Shown: positions 1 through 11,655, counted from the first letter of the stretch. The stretch is 64,000 bases of DNA from Mobula hypostoma (GCF_963921235.1 NC_086107.1:112346001-112410000); one strand, 5' to 3'. Notes: generated by a model not told the origin, from the sequence alone. Numbers and translations: made by a program.

Positions 1-180
1 GACGGAAGGTTGGTTTGTGTGATGTACTGCGCCGTGTTCACGATCTTCTGCAGCTTCTTCCGGTCTTGGACAGGACAACTTCCATACCAGGTTGTGATGC
101 ACCCTAGAAGAATGCTTTCTATGGTGCATCTATAAAAATTAGTGAGGGTTTTAGGGTACAGGCCAAATTTCTTTAGTTTC
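1..180 (-). mobile_element. Rex1/Babar-type LINE ORF2 C-terminal fragment
   Basis: Reverse strand reads KLKKFGLYPKTLTNFYRCTIESILLGCITTWYGSCPVQDRKKLQKIVNTAQYIT, typical of the Rex/Babar RT C-terminus. Confidence 0.8.
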
Positions 181-339
181 TTTAATCAATTAATGATTAC
201 TGAATGATTCTCCAGTTCAATAAGGTGGACTCTTAACTTCACAATCGACCTCGTTGTGACCTTGCACTTCATTGTCTACCTGCACTGCACTTTCACTGGA
301 TCAGAATCAGGTTTAACATCACTGATACTTGCTGTTTGA

Positions 340-680
340 AAGTTCAAAATCAATTTTATTATCAAAGAATACATATGTCACCATATACAACCCTGAGCTT
401 CATTTTTCCTGCGGGCACACTCAAGCAAATCTATAGAATAGTAACTACAACGGGGATCAACCAGAGTGCGGAACACAACAAACTGTAAAAATGCAAATAT
501 AAATAAAAAGCAATAAATAACAAAGACATGAGATGGTAAAGAGTCCTTGAAGTGAGATCATTGGTTGTGGGGGACATTTCACTTGTGGAGCAAGTGAGTG
601 TTGTTATCCCCTTTTATTTTAAGAGCCTGGTGGTTGAGGGGTAGGAACTGTTCTTGAACCTAGTGGTGCGAGTCCTGGGA
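340..680 (-). mobile_element. Rex/Babar-type LINE 3' UTR fragment
   Basis: Shares motifs (ccatatacaaccctgag, ttcttgaacctagtggtgcgagtcctg) with the Rex 3' ends at 29955-30520 and 60815-62000. Confidence 0.6.
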
Positions 681-750
681 ATATTAATACTGAATCTGAT
701 TTCCCCCCCTCCCCACCTCCCCACCTCCCCACCTCCCCACAGTCAGAAGG

Positions 751-1218
751 TTCCTGGGATGGCAGGACTTTCGTATGATGAAAGACTGGATCGACTAGGC
801 TTATACTCTCTGGAATTTAGAAGATTGAGGGGGGATCTGATTGAAACGTATAAAATTCTAAAGGGATTGAACAGGCTAGATGCAGGAAGATTGTTCCCGA
901 TGTTGGGGAAGTCCAGAGCGAGGGGTCACAGTTTGAGGATAAAGGGGAAGCCTTTTAGGACCGAGATGAGGAAAAACTTCTTCACACAGAGAGTGGTGAA
1001 TCTGTGGAATTCTCTGCCACAGGAAACAGTTGAGGCCAGTTCATTGGCTATATTTAAGAGGGAATTAGATATGGCCCGTGTGGCTAAAGGGATCAGGGAG
1101 TATGGAGAGGAAGCAGGTACAGGGTTCTGAGTTGAATGATCAGCCATGATCATACTGAATGGCAGTGCAGACTCGAAGGACTGAATGGCCCACTCCTGCA
1201 TCTATTTTCTATGTTTCT
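751..1218 (+). mobile_element. CR1 LINE 3' fragment (5'-truncated)
   Basis: ORF 654-1130 ends LGLYSLEFRRLRGDLIETYKIL...FFTQRVVNLWNSLP, followed by a CR1 3'UTR and TTCTATGT tail. Near-identical to 60965-61738. Confidence 0.93.
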
Positions 1219-1974
1219 AAAGCCTGAAATATCACTTCTACTCCACTGTTATGTCTACTGAATGGTTGCTGAGTACAATAAGATGTACTCTTGACCTCAC
1301 CGTATTGAAACTTCATTCTGCACTCTGCTATTATTTTACTTTGCAGTATTTCAACACACCATTGCAATGAATTGATCTGTGCGGACAGTATACAAGGCAC
1401 ATTTTTCACTCTACCTGTGTCAGTAGTAATTTACCAATTTAAACGTGGTGCTATCAGTGTTTGACTCTTCCAAGATAAAACTGGAAGAACTGACTAAATA
1501 GTGTCAATCTTTCCACACTGCAGCAGGCTGCAGCTCTAATGCAGTCTGTCTTCACTCCACACTCCCAACCACCTCCCCGTTGTGGAGCTGAGCCACTGAC
1601 GTGGGGACAGGGCTGTGCGCTAGCCACACCGAGAATCCCTGGACCACGCAACGTGCATCTTGTCAGAAGATGCGGACTCAAGGAAACTGTCTCCGAGCTG
1701 TCAGGAGCCGCACCTGGCTGTGCCATTTTTAGCCACCTGGCACATCCTTTGAGGTATCAACTGGAGAAAACAAAAACAAAATATGCATTGATTTAATACA
1801 TCAAGCTGTCTCTGGCACAGATGGAAGAGATGAACAGATCCCTGTTCTTTCCCCTGTATCTCCTGCTTCATTTTCCCTCCCACCGTTGCTGCTCTTTCTC
1901 TCTTCCCTTACCTCTCTTCTCAATAAGGATGAGAGCATTTTCATTTTAAAAAAAGATTATAGATTAGCTTTACC

Positions 1975-2245
1975 ATTATTATTGAGATACAGTGCAGAAT
2001 AGGCCCTTCAAGCTGTACTGCCCAGCAATTCCCACCAATTTAATCCTTGCATGATCACAGGACAATTTACAATGACCAATTAACCTAACCACCAGTACGT
2101 CTTTGGACTGTGGGAGGAAATCAGAGCACCTGGGGGAAACCCACATGGGGGGAAACGTACAAACTCCTGACAGGCAGTAGCAGGAATTGAACCCGGGTTG
2201 CCTGTACTGTAAAGCATTGTGCTAACTACTACATTACCGTGCCAC
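1975..2245 (-). mobile_element. V-SINE-type tRNA-derived SINE
   Basis: Reverse complement has a B-box-like ggttcaattcc and the V-domain core (gggtttccc..ggtgctctgatttcctcccacagtccaaagacgtac). Confidence 0.75.
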
Positions 2246-2852
2246 GCAGTTTGTCAGATGCGCACTGAAACATACCATTTGATTCAAACCGAACCTGTTG
2301 CGAGGACGTGGCAGTGGTATGAACCCAAGTGCTGAACATAGGAGCGGAGGCCGATTCAGGAGGTGTTATGGTTGTAGCGAGTGTGGAACTGGTGTCCAGA
2401 GAGTCTTTAGCCAAAGTCTTGGTTTTAGTAGATAATTCAGGAATGATGCTAGCCTTAGAACTGATAGTCCTAAGAACTATGGAACAAGGCTACTCATACA
2501 AGAGTCAACCAACAAACTGGCAACTCCTTGTTGTGGTCACAGGGTCTTTATCCTGCAGTTTCTGATGGGAAGCAGGTGTGTGTAGATGGTGGAACCTGGG
2601 AATGATTGGAATTTAAATGAGGTGATTGAGGCCCAATTCCTAAGGTAAATGGCATGGCGGGGGATTGCCAGAAGGGACCATGACAGAACCAGATACAGAT
2701 TTATTTATCACAGATACGTCAAAACATGCAGTGAAATGCATCGTTTGCATTAACAACCAAAACAACCAAAGGATGTGCTGGGGCAGCCAAGTGTCGCCAC
2801 ACACTCTGTCATCAACATGGCACGTCCACAGAGTTCAGCAGAACAACGACAC

Positions 2853-3100
2853 ATAAGACCGTAAGATACAGGAGGAGTAGACCATTCAGCCCATCGAGTC
2901 TGCTCCACCATTCAACCATTCAATCTTTCTCATGGAATGGTTTCAATGAGATCCCCCCCCCGCCCAATCCTTCTGAATTCTAGCGAGTACAGACCCAGAG
3001 CCATCAAATGTTCCTTTTATGATAACGCTTTCATGCCTGGAATCATCCTCGTGAACCTCCTCTGGACCCTCTCCAATGCCAGCACATCTTTTCTAAGATG
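2853..3100 (-). mobile_element. Internally deleted CR1 3' fragment inserted in an older element (2690-3195)
   Basis: CR1 tail (cataagaccgtaaga..ccattcagcccatcgagtctgctcc) plus RT sequence (cctcgtgaacctcctctggaccctctcc); ACATAA occurs at both junctions. Confidence 0.65.
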
Positions 3101-3193
3101 ACATAACACAAGTAGCAGCAAGAGTGATAGCAGAACAAAGAAGACAACCACAGAACGAGCCCCTTTCCTACCCTCCCACACCCCTCAATCACA

Positions 3194-5111
3194 CAGGCCT
3201 CCAACCGCAGGACAACTACATCCAGGCCTCCAACCGCAGGACAACTACATCCAGGCCTCCAACCCCAGGACAACTACATCCAGGCCTCCAATCGCAGGAC
3301 AACTACATCCAGGCCTCCAACCCCAGGACAACTACCTCAGGCCTCCAACCGCAGGACAACAACATCCAGGCCTCCAACCCCAGGACAACTACATCCAGGC
3401 CTCCAACCGCAGGACAACTACATCCAGGCCTCCAACCCCAGGACAACTACATCCAGGACTCCAACCACAGGACAACTACATCCAGGCCTCCAATCCCAGA
3501 ACCACTACCTCCAGGCCTCCAACCGCAGGACAACTACATCCAGGCCTCCAACCCCAGGACAACTACATCCAGGCCTCCAACCGCAGGACAACTACATCCA
3601 GGTCTCCAACCCCAGGACAACTACATCCAGGCCTCCAACCCCAGGACAACTACATCCAGGCCTCCAATCGCAGGACAACTACATCCAGGCCTCCAACCGC
3701 AGGACAACTACATCCAGGCCTCCAACCCCAGGACAACTACATCCAGGCCTCCAATCGCAGGACAACTACATCCAGGCCTCCAACCCCAGGACAACTACAT
3801 CCAGGCCTCCAACCGCAGGACAACAACATCCAGGCCTCCAACCCCAGGACAACTACATCCAGGCCTCCAACCGCAGGACAACTACCTCAGACCTCTAGCC
3901 GCAGGACAACAACAGCCAGGCCTCCAACCCCAGGACAACTACATCCAGGCCTCCAATCGCAGGACAAGTACATCCAGGCCTCCAACCCCAGGACAACTAC
4001 ATCCAGGCCTCCAGCCCCAGGACAACTACATCCAGGCCTCCAACCTCAGGACAACAACATCCAGGCCTCCAAACCCAGGACAACTACATCCAGGCCTCCA
4101 ACCGCAGGACAACTACATCCAGGCCTCCAACCGCAGGACAACTACCTCAGACCTCCAGCCGCAGGACAACAACATCCAGGCCTCCAACCCCAGGACAATT
4201 ACATCCAGGCCTCCAATCGCAGGACAACTACATCCAGGCCTCCAACCCCAGGACAACTACATCCAGGCCTCCAGCCCCAGGACAACTACATCCAGGCCTC
4301 CAACCTCAGGACAACAACATCCAGGCCTCCAACCCCAGGACAACTACATCCAGGCCTCCAACCGCAGGACAACTACATCCAGGCCTCCAACCGCAGGACA
4401 ACTACCTCAGACCTCCAGCCGCAGGACAACAACATCCAGGCCTCCAACCCCAGGACAACTACATCCAGGCCTCCAATCGCAGGACAACTACATCCAGGCC
4501 TCCAACCCCAGGACAACTACATCCAGGCCTCCAACCCCAGGACAACTACCTCAGGCCTCCAACCGCAGGACAACAACATCCAGGCCTCCAACCCCAGGAC
4601 AACTACATCCAGGCCTCCAACCGCAGGACAACTACATCCAGGCCTCCAACTGCAGGACAACAACATCCAGGCCTCCAACCCCAGGACAACTACATCCAGG
4701 CCTCCAACCGCAGGACAACAACATCCAGGCCTCCAACCCCAGGACAACTATATCCAGGCCTCCAACCGCAGGACAACTACATCCAGGCCTCCAATCCCAG
4801 AACCACTACCTCCAGGCCTCCAACCGCAGGACAACTACATCCAGGCCTCCAACCCCAGGACAACTACATCCAGGCCTCCAACCCCAGGACAACTACATCC
4901 AGGCCTCCAATCACAGGACAACTACATCCAGACCTCCAACCCCAGGACAACTACATCCAGGCCTCCAACCCCAGGACAACTACATCCAGGCCTCCAACCC
5001 CAGGGCAACAACATCCAGGCCTCCAATCGCAGGACAACTACATCCAGGCCTCCAATCGCAGGACAACTACATCCAGGCCTCCAACCCCAGGACAACTACA
5101 TCCAGGCCTCC
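3194..5111. repeat. 29-bp minisatellite, about 66 copies (CCAGGCCTCCAACC[C/G]CAGGACAACTACAT)
   Basis: Directly visible tandem array. It explains the 29-aa periodicity of ORF 3124-5205. Confidence 0.97.
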
Positions 5112-5285
5112 TGTTCTAGGCCCAGGACCGTCAAGCTCACAAGGGAAGGAAAGGGAAGGGTGCAGTCTGGGCAATTTGGATGGGAATCCAGATCAGGAAG
5201 GCTGAACAGTGCCGTTGACAAACGGCAACGAAAGGGTTGAGCTTAATGGTAATGTTGATAAACTTCATGGCCTTCTCCCGGGAAC

Positions 5286-6560
5286 ATCACCTTGTCATGG
5301 TGGAGGGGCCTGTGAGTTCCTGAGACCCTGAGAGTGATGCCTTCTGGATAGCTCCAGGTCGGGTCACACACAGTGGTAACATCAAGGGGAAGAGCAATGC
5401 AACCAAGACCTGAACGGTGAAGCTGGCGGAAGACGGTGACACATCACAACGACAGTGAAGGCTTCCCCCGGTTGCCTTGCACTGTGTGCGCACCCCCCAC
5501 CCGATCTGTCGAGGACCATTTGAGTGGAAAAGCAAATCATGCAGAAGATACGGAGAGTCTGCAGAGAGATATAGATAGGTTGTGTGAGTGGGCAAGGCTC
5601 TGGCAGATGGAGTACAAAGTTGGTAAATGCGAGGTCACCCACTTTGGAAGGAAAAATGAAGGAGAAAATTATTATTTAAATGGTAAAAAATTGCAGCACG
5701 CTGCTGTGCAGAGGGACTTGGGAGTGTTTCTGCATGAATCACAAAAGGTTGGTTTGCAGGTGCAGCAGGTATCAAGAGGCAAATGGGATGTTGGCCTTCA
5801 TTGCTAGAGGGATTGAATTTAAGAGCAGGGAGGTTATGCTGCAACTGTACAGGGTACCGGTGAGGCCACACCTGGAGTACTGCGTGCAGTTCTGGTCTCC
5901 TTACTTGAGGAAGGAGATACTGGCTTTGGAGACAGTGCAGAGGAGGTTCACCAGGTTGATTCCAGAGATGAAGGGGTTAGACTATGAGGAGAGATTGAGT
6001 TGCCTGGGACTGTACTCGCTGGAATTCAGAAGAATGAGAGGAGATCTGACAGAAACATATAAAATTATGAAAGGGATAGATAAGATAGAGGCAGGAAAGT
6101 TGTTTCCACTGATAGCTGAGACTAACACTAGGGTACCTAGCCTCAAGATTCAGGGGAGTAGATTTAGGACAGAGATGAGGAGGAACTGCTTTTCCCAGAG
6201 AGTGACGAATCTGTGGAATTCTCTGCCCAATGAAGCAGTGGGGACTACGTCAGTAAGACAAGGTTGGATAGATTTTTGCGTAGTAGGGAATTAAGGGTTA
6301 TGGGGAAAAGGCAGGTAGGTGGAGATGAGTCCACGGTCAGATCAGCCATGATCTTATTGAATGGTGGAGCAGGCTTGATGAGCTAGATGGCCGACTCCTG
6401 CTCCTGGCTGCCCATGCATCAGCCTCCCCACGTTAAACAAAGTCACGCACGGGCGTTCCCCATTAAGGGAATAACCCCTTGGGAGAACGTCATACTCCTC
6501 CTGAGTGACTCCAATCCCCTTGGGAGAACGTCATACTCCTCCTGAGTGACTCCAACCCTC
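5286..6560 (+). mobile_element. RTE-clade 5'-region-derived element (5286-5518 and 6405-6560), split by a CR1 insertion
   Basis: caccttgtcatggtggagggg head resembles RTE/BovB/Expander 5' ends. The sequence resumes after the CR1, and a related copy lies on - at 17400-17625. Confidence 0.55.
5519..6405 (+). mobile_element. CR1 LINE 3' fragment with frameshift
   Basis: ORFs 5436-5807 (LQRDIDRLCEWARLWQM..KCEV) and 5680-6294 (RPHLEYCVQFWSP, RRMRGDL), plus CR1 3'UTR. Confidence 0.93.
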
Positions 6561-6690
6561 TTGCAAGGCGTTCCCTTGACACACAGGCAAACATTCTGTC
6601 ATTGAATTGGATTTTCAGCTAGTTTTTCCTCTTTCACCTGTAAATTGTTCAAATTGGCAACTTCCTTTCCTTCTCATAGGACAGATGACT

Positions 6691-6772
6691 GATGAGGCAG
6701 CCAAGAGGTTAAGGCGATGGACTGTTAATCCATTGTGCTCTGCACACGTGGGTTCGAATCCCATCCTCATCA
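6691..6772 (+). tRNA. tRNA-Ser(GCT)-derived gene with a GTT anticodon, probable pseudogene
   Basis: 82-nt cloverleaf: acceptor GATGAGG/CCTCATC, D stem GCC/GGC, anticodon arm ATGGA-CTGTTAA-TCCAT, variable arm GTGC-TCT-GCAC, T arm GTGGG-TTCGAAT-CCCAT. It matches vertebrate tRNA-Ser(GCT) apart from a few substitutions; A box is degraded. Confidence 0.85.
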
Positions 6773-6811
6773 TGACATGTTTATCAGGGGAGGGTAAACC
6801 ATCTTTGAAGC

Positions 6812-7090
6812 CATCACTTTTTGGAAGTAGGTACAGAGGAGATGTGTGTTCAGAGCAGAAGTAAATTTTTTACGCAGAGAGTGGTGAGTTCGTGGAATGG
6901 GCTGCCGGCGATAGCGGTGGAGGTGGATATGATAGGGTCTTTTAAGAGACTCCTGGACAGGTACATGGAGCTCAGAAAAATAGTGGGCTATGGGTAACCC
7001 TAGATAATTTCTAAGCTGAGGACATGTTCAGCACAACTTTGTGGGCTGAAGGGCCCGTATTGTACTGTAGTTTTCAATGTTTCTATGTTA
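6812..7090 (+). mobile_element. CR1 3' end fragment
   Basis: tttacgcagagagtggtgagttcgtggaatgggctgcc and ttctatgtt tail; same subfamily as 21135-21505. Confidence 0.8.
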
Positions 7091-7374
7091 AATATGTAGC
7101 CTCTTCCTCTTTAAATATGCCAGCTTTCCACCTACCTCTAAGACAGAGAATTCCAGGGATTTGCCACTCTCTGCGAGAAGGTATTCCCAAGAATCTCAGT
7201 TTTAAATACCGGTGGTTGTGTCCTCTTTGAAACTGAGGTATTAGTGAGAGCATAAAACATTGAACAGTACAGCATGGGATAGGCCATTCAGCCCACAACG
7301 TTGTGCTGCTCCTGATACCAATCTGTATTAACCTTCCAGCTTCTGTGAAAAGGGAGCTTGTTCGTCATAGGCAA

Positions 7375-7570
7375 TGGAGACACATGAGACTGCAGATGCT
7401 GGAACCTGGAGCAACACACAAAGTGCTGGAGGAACTCAGTGAGTCAGGCAGCATCTGTGGAAGGTAATGAACCATCAGCAAGTACTTCAGGCTGAGAGAC
7501 TCGACACGTTCAGACCTATGAAAGGCCTGAAACGTTGACCATTCACTTCTTGCAGAGATGTCTGCTGACT
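7375..7570. mobile_element. Short Penelope pseudo-LTR remnants in both orientations
   Basis: ctgcagatgctgga..ctggaggaactcagtgagtcaggcagcatct (-), then gcctgaaacgttgacc (+); both match the pLTR ends at 27430-27565. Confidence 0.55.
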
Positions 7571-7690
7571 AATGAAAGACTTGCCACCATTGGTGCATAG
7601 CAAGCTCCCACAAACAGCAAAGGCTTGGAGAAAACAAGAGCCACAGAGCTGAATCCCGCTGGTGAGTCTGTATTGATTTATTATCCAAAA

Positions 7691-7872
7691 ATTGGTATGG
7701 GTATCGGCATAGCTATCGGTACTGGCATTGGTACTGGTATTGATAATAGTATTGGTACTGATATTCGTATTGGTATTGCTATCAGTAATGGGATCAGTAT
7801 TGTTATTGCTATCAATATCAGCATTGGAATCAGTATTGATATTGGTATCGGTATGGGTATTGATATGGGTAT
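7691..7872. repeat. Degenerate hexamer repeat (GGTATT/GGTATC/AGTATT)n
   Basis: Visible 6-bp periodicity, producing the GI/IP/TN-rich ORFs. Confidence 0.85.
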
Positions 7873-8023
7873 CATAGAAAACATAGAAAATAGGTGCAGG
7901 AGTAGGCCATTCGGCCCTTCGAGCCTGCACCGCCATTTATTATGATCATGGCTGATCATCCAACTCAGAACCCTGCACCAGCCTTCCCTCCATACCCCCT
8001 GACCCCCGTAGCCACAAGGGGCC
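7873..8023 (-). mobile_element. Short CR1 3' tail insertion
   Basis: catagaaaacatagaaaataggtgcaggagtaggcc tail, flanked by ATATGGGTAT at 7863-7872 and 8024-8033 (probable TSD). Confidence 0.8.
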
Positions 8024-8059
8024 ATATGGGTATTGGTTAAGAGTGAATGCCCATAACCT

Positions 8060-8510
8060 CCAAGCAGCATTGGATTAGCATGGCATTAAGATTTTGTGGT
8101 AAAATTGAAGCCAATGGGCTTCAAAGAGAAAATACTTGTATGTTTGGCGTCATACCTAGCACAAGATGGTTGTCTTTGTTGGAGTTCAGTCAACCTAATC
8201 CCAGGACTTCACTGCAGGAGTTCCTCAAGGACCAAGTTGTCTTTAGCTGATTCATCATTGATCTTCCTTTCATCATAAAGTCAGAAGTGAGGATATTGTT
8301 GACGACTGCACAAAGTTTAATTCTATTCTTAACTACTCAGCAAATGAAGCAATCAATGCAAGCAGCAAGACCGAGACGACGTTCAGGTTGAGCTGGTAAG
8401 AGACAAAAATATCAGAATAAAATTATCTGGAATTCAGTAGAGTGTTGACACCTGTCCTTGACATTCATAGGCTTTAACTCAGCATCAATATCCTGGCTTC
8501 ACCATTAACC
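8060..8510 (+). mobile_element. Ancient CR1-group LINE RT fragment (continues at 9434-9590)
   Basis: Decayed frames give KLKPMGFKEKILVCLASYL, TAGVPQG and a DLPFIIKSEV..DDC-like motif. Confidence 0.6.
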
Positions 8511-8529
8511 ATCAACACAGATAGATGTT

Positions 8530-8718
8530 GTTCCTCTCCGCGCCTTGTGGCGCATCGGGAGGAAACCTTGCTGTTTCTTTAGCATTTGTCTGTTTTACGA
8601 GGCCGAGTTGCTAGCCTAACGCTCAACCCAGCACCGTTGGAAAGCGTGCAAGGAGCCGGCCGGATTCGAACCCGGGACCACTCGCCTCAAAGTCCAGTGT
8701 GGATGCCTCTACGCCACT
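8530..8718 (-). mobile_element. tRNA-derived SINE (family B)
   Basis: Reverse complement begins gtggcgtagaggcatc (A box) ... gggttcgaatcc (B box). Related copies at 13390-13577, 37700-37963 and 51710-51965. Confidence 0.75.
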
Positions 8719-9433
8719 GACAATAGACAATAAGTGCAGGAGTAGGCCATTCAGCCCTTCAAGCCAGCACCACCATTCACTGTGATCATGGCTGATCATC
8801 CACAATCAGTATCCTTTTCCTGCCTTCTCCCTGTATCCTTTCACTCTGCTATCTTTAAGAGCTCTATCTAACTCTTTCTTGAAAGAATCCAGAGAATTGG
8901 CCTCCACTGCCTTCTGAGGCAGAGCATTCCACAGAACCACAGCCCTCTGTGTGAAAAAGTTTTTCCTCAACTCCGTTCTAAATGGTCTTCCCCTTATTCT
9001 TAAACTGTGGCCTCTGGTTCTGGACTCCCCCAACATCGGGAACATGTTTCCTGCCTCTAGTGTGTCCAATCCCTTAATAATCTTATATGTTTCAATCAGA
9101 TCCCCTCTCATCCTTCTAAATTCCAGTGTATACAACCCCAGTCGCTCCAATCTTTCAACATATGACAGTCCCGCCATCCCCGGAATTAACCTTGTGAACC
9201 TACGCTGCACTCTCTCAATAGCCAGAATGTCCTTCCTCAAATTTGGAGACCAAAACTGTACACAATATTCCAGGTGTGGTCTCACCAGGGCCCTGTACAA
9301 CTGCAGAAGGACCTCTTTGCTCTTATACTCAACTCCCCTTGTTATGAAGGCCAACATGCCATTAGCTTTCTTCACTGCCTGCTGTACCTGCATGCTTACT
9401 TTCAGTGACTGATGAACAAGGACACCTAGATCA
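8719..9433 (-). mobile_element. CR1 LINE 3' fragment
   Basis: ORF 8806-9441 has DLGVLV..RPHLEYCVQFWSP..RRMRGDLIETYKII; tail (CTATTGT)n. Confidence 0.93.
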
Positions 9434-9589
9434 CTGGCCAAATCACAGATGGACTAGCTGCATAAATACCTTAGCTATGTGAGCAAATCAGAGTCTGGGC
9501 CTCTTGCATTAAGTGGCTCACCTCTTGACACCCCAAAACCTTTCCATCATTTAAAGATAATATCAGGACTATGATGGAATACCCTCCAC

Positions 9590-10530
9590 CTAAAACACTT
9601 GAAAACTTCTACAGATGTACTGTGGAGAGCATTCTGACAGGCTGCATCACTGTCTGGTATGGGGGGTGGGGTGGTGGGGACTACTGCACTAGATCGTAAG
9701 GAGCTGCGGAAAGTTGTAAAATTAGTCAGCTCATCTTAGGTACTGGCCTCCACAGTATCCAAGGCATCTTCAAGGAGCGGTGCCTCAGAAAGTTGGAGTC
9801 GTTATTAAGGACCCCCATCACCCAAGACGTGCCCTCTTCTCGATGTTACCGTCAGGAAGGTGGTACAGGAGCCTGAAGGCACACACTCAGCGATTCAGGA
9901 ACAGCTTCTTCCCCTCTGACATCTGATTCCTGAATGGACATTGAACCCACGAACTACCTCACTTCTATAATGTCTGTTTATGCACTATTTTCAGTTTAAC
10001 TATTTAATATACATATATATAGATACTGTAATTGATCTACTTTTGTTCTACATTATCATGTATCGCATTGTACTGCTGCCACTAAGTTAACAAATTTCAC
10101 GACATATGCCGGTGGTAACAAAGTCAATGCCTCCAGAAGACACGGTACATCATTAAAGACCCCTCACACCCTCTCCATGAACCGTTTGTTCTTCTGCCAT
10201 CAGGCAAACGTTACAGGAGCATCAAAACTAAAACCACAAGGCTACTAAACAGCTTCCTCCCACAGGCAGTCAGACTGCTAAATAGCTGCTCTACCTGACT
10301 CTGCTTTGGACACTTTTAACTTGCACTGGACACTTATAACTTGATTTTAACTGACATGTGGCAGTTGTGTTTTACTATTTATTGTTATGTTTATTATTTA
10401 GTGTTGCGTTTGTTATGTTATGATTGCACTGCTCCTGAGAAACGCTGTCTCATTCTGCCCTGCAGAGCTGATGTATGGTTAGAATGACAATAAAATTTTT
10501 GAATCTTGAATCTAATTCCGATTCTGACTT
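9590..10530 (+). mobile_element. Rex/Babar LINE 3' end with a second Rex-type 3' end nested at about 10125-10513
   Basis: KTLENFYRCTVESILTGCITVWYG motif and gaacagcttcttcccc. The nested copy ends gacaataaa..(GAATCTT)n. Confidence 0.75.
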
Positions 10531-11094
10531 GCCCACACTCAGCCCCATTAACTCTCAACACCAGTCAGGACGACGCAGCTGTTGCAAACTGAAGATTTTT
10601 ATCCAAGGTTCATCAGAGGTCAAGAATGAGGCATAGAACTTCTTGCCTGTGAACGTTTATTAAGGGTTACAAGAACAAAGGTGAGGCGTGAGGGGGAGAT
10701 AGAGAGAGAGAAAGAGACCGTGGAGGCAGAACAAAGGGAACGAGAAGAACCAACATGATTTGCCCCTCTTATCCAAGTTTGTTGATTCCACTGAATTTCC
10801 GTAGGTAACAGACATTGCTTTAAATTGTGATGCTTGAGTTGACCAATCAGATCACCCCATTCAAGTAATCTGATACCTGAAACCATTACGAAACACACTG
10901 CGCAATTATATGTATACAGCTAACTATATAAAAATACAAACAAGCATAAGGAAGTTAAATTATAATAAAAATAACTATTATACAGTTTGATCTAATTATA
11001 TGGTCTATGCCAATGAGCCTTACCAATAACCCCAGGGTCAGTGAACCCCCAAGTTGGGAACTCCTGGTCTAATCCAACATTCCCTCTTTTGATT

Positions 11095-11655
11095 CAAGGA
11101 GGTAATGCTGAGGCTATGTAGGACTCTGTTGAGGCCTCATTTGGAGTATCGTGTGCACTTTTGGGTCCCTTATTTAAGAAAGGATTTTCACGAGAATGAT
11201 TCTGGGAGTGCAAGTCTTATCATACGACGGATGATTGTTGGCTCTGGGCCTTTACTCGCTGGAATTTAGAAGAGTGAAGGGTGGAATCTCATCGAAACCT
11301 ATCGGAAGTTGAAAGGCCTAGATAGAATGGATGTAGAGCAGATGTTTCCTGTGGTGAGGGACTTTAAGTCCAGAGGGCACAGCCTCAGAATAGAGGGACG
11401 ACAATTTAGAAAGGAGATTAGGAGGAATTTCTTTAGCCAAAGGGTAGTGAATCTGTGAAATTCATTGCCACAAGTGGCTGTGGAGGCCAGTCATTGGGTA
11501 TATTTAAAGCAGAGGTTCTTGATTCGTAAGGGCGTGAAAAGTCACAGGGAGAAGGCAGGAAAATAGGGTTAAGAGGAAATGGATCAGCCATGATGAAATG
11601 GCAGAGCTGACTTGATGGGCTGAATGGCCTAATTCTGCTCCTATGTCTTATGGAT
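11095..11655 (+). mobile_element. Degenerate CR1 3' fragment
   Basis: gaggcctcatttggagtatcgtgtgcacttttggg, ttctttagccaaagggtagtgaatctgtg and a CR1 3'UTR. Confidence 0.8.

Noticed and set aside
3194..5111. CRISPR array
   Set aside because: Units are contiguous with no unique spacers, there are no cas genes, and the context is vertebrate.
3124..5205. 693-aa ORF as a mucin-like or repeat protein
   Set aside because: It starts at GTG and is the 29-bp unit, which has no + strand stop codon, read through all three frames. It tolerates 28-bp units, so there is no frame constraint.
7487..8070. GI/IP/TN-rich ORFs
   Set aside because: By-products of a hexamer repeat plus a CR1 tail.
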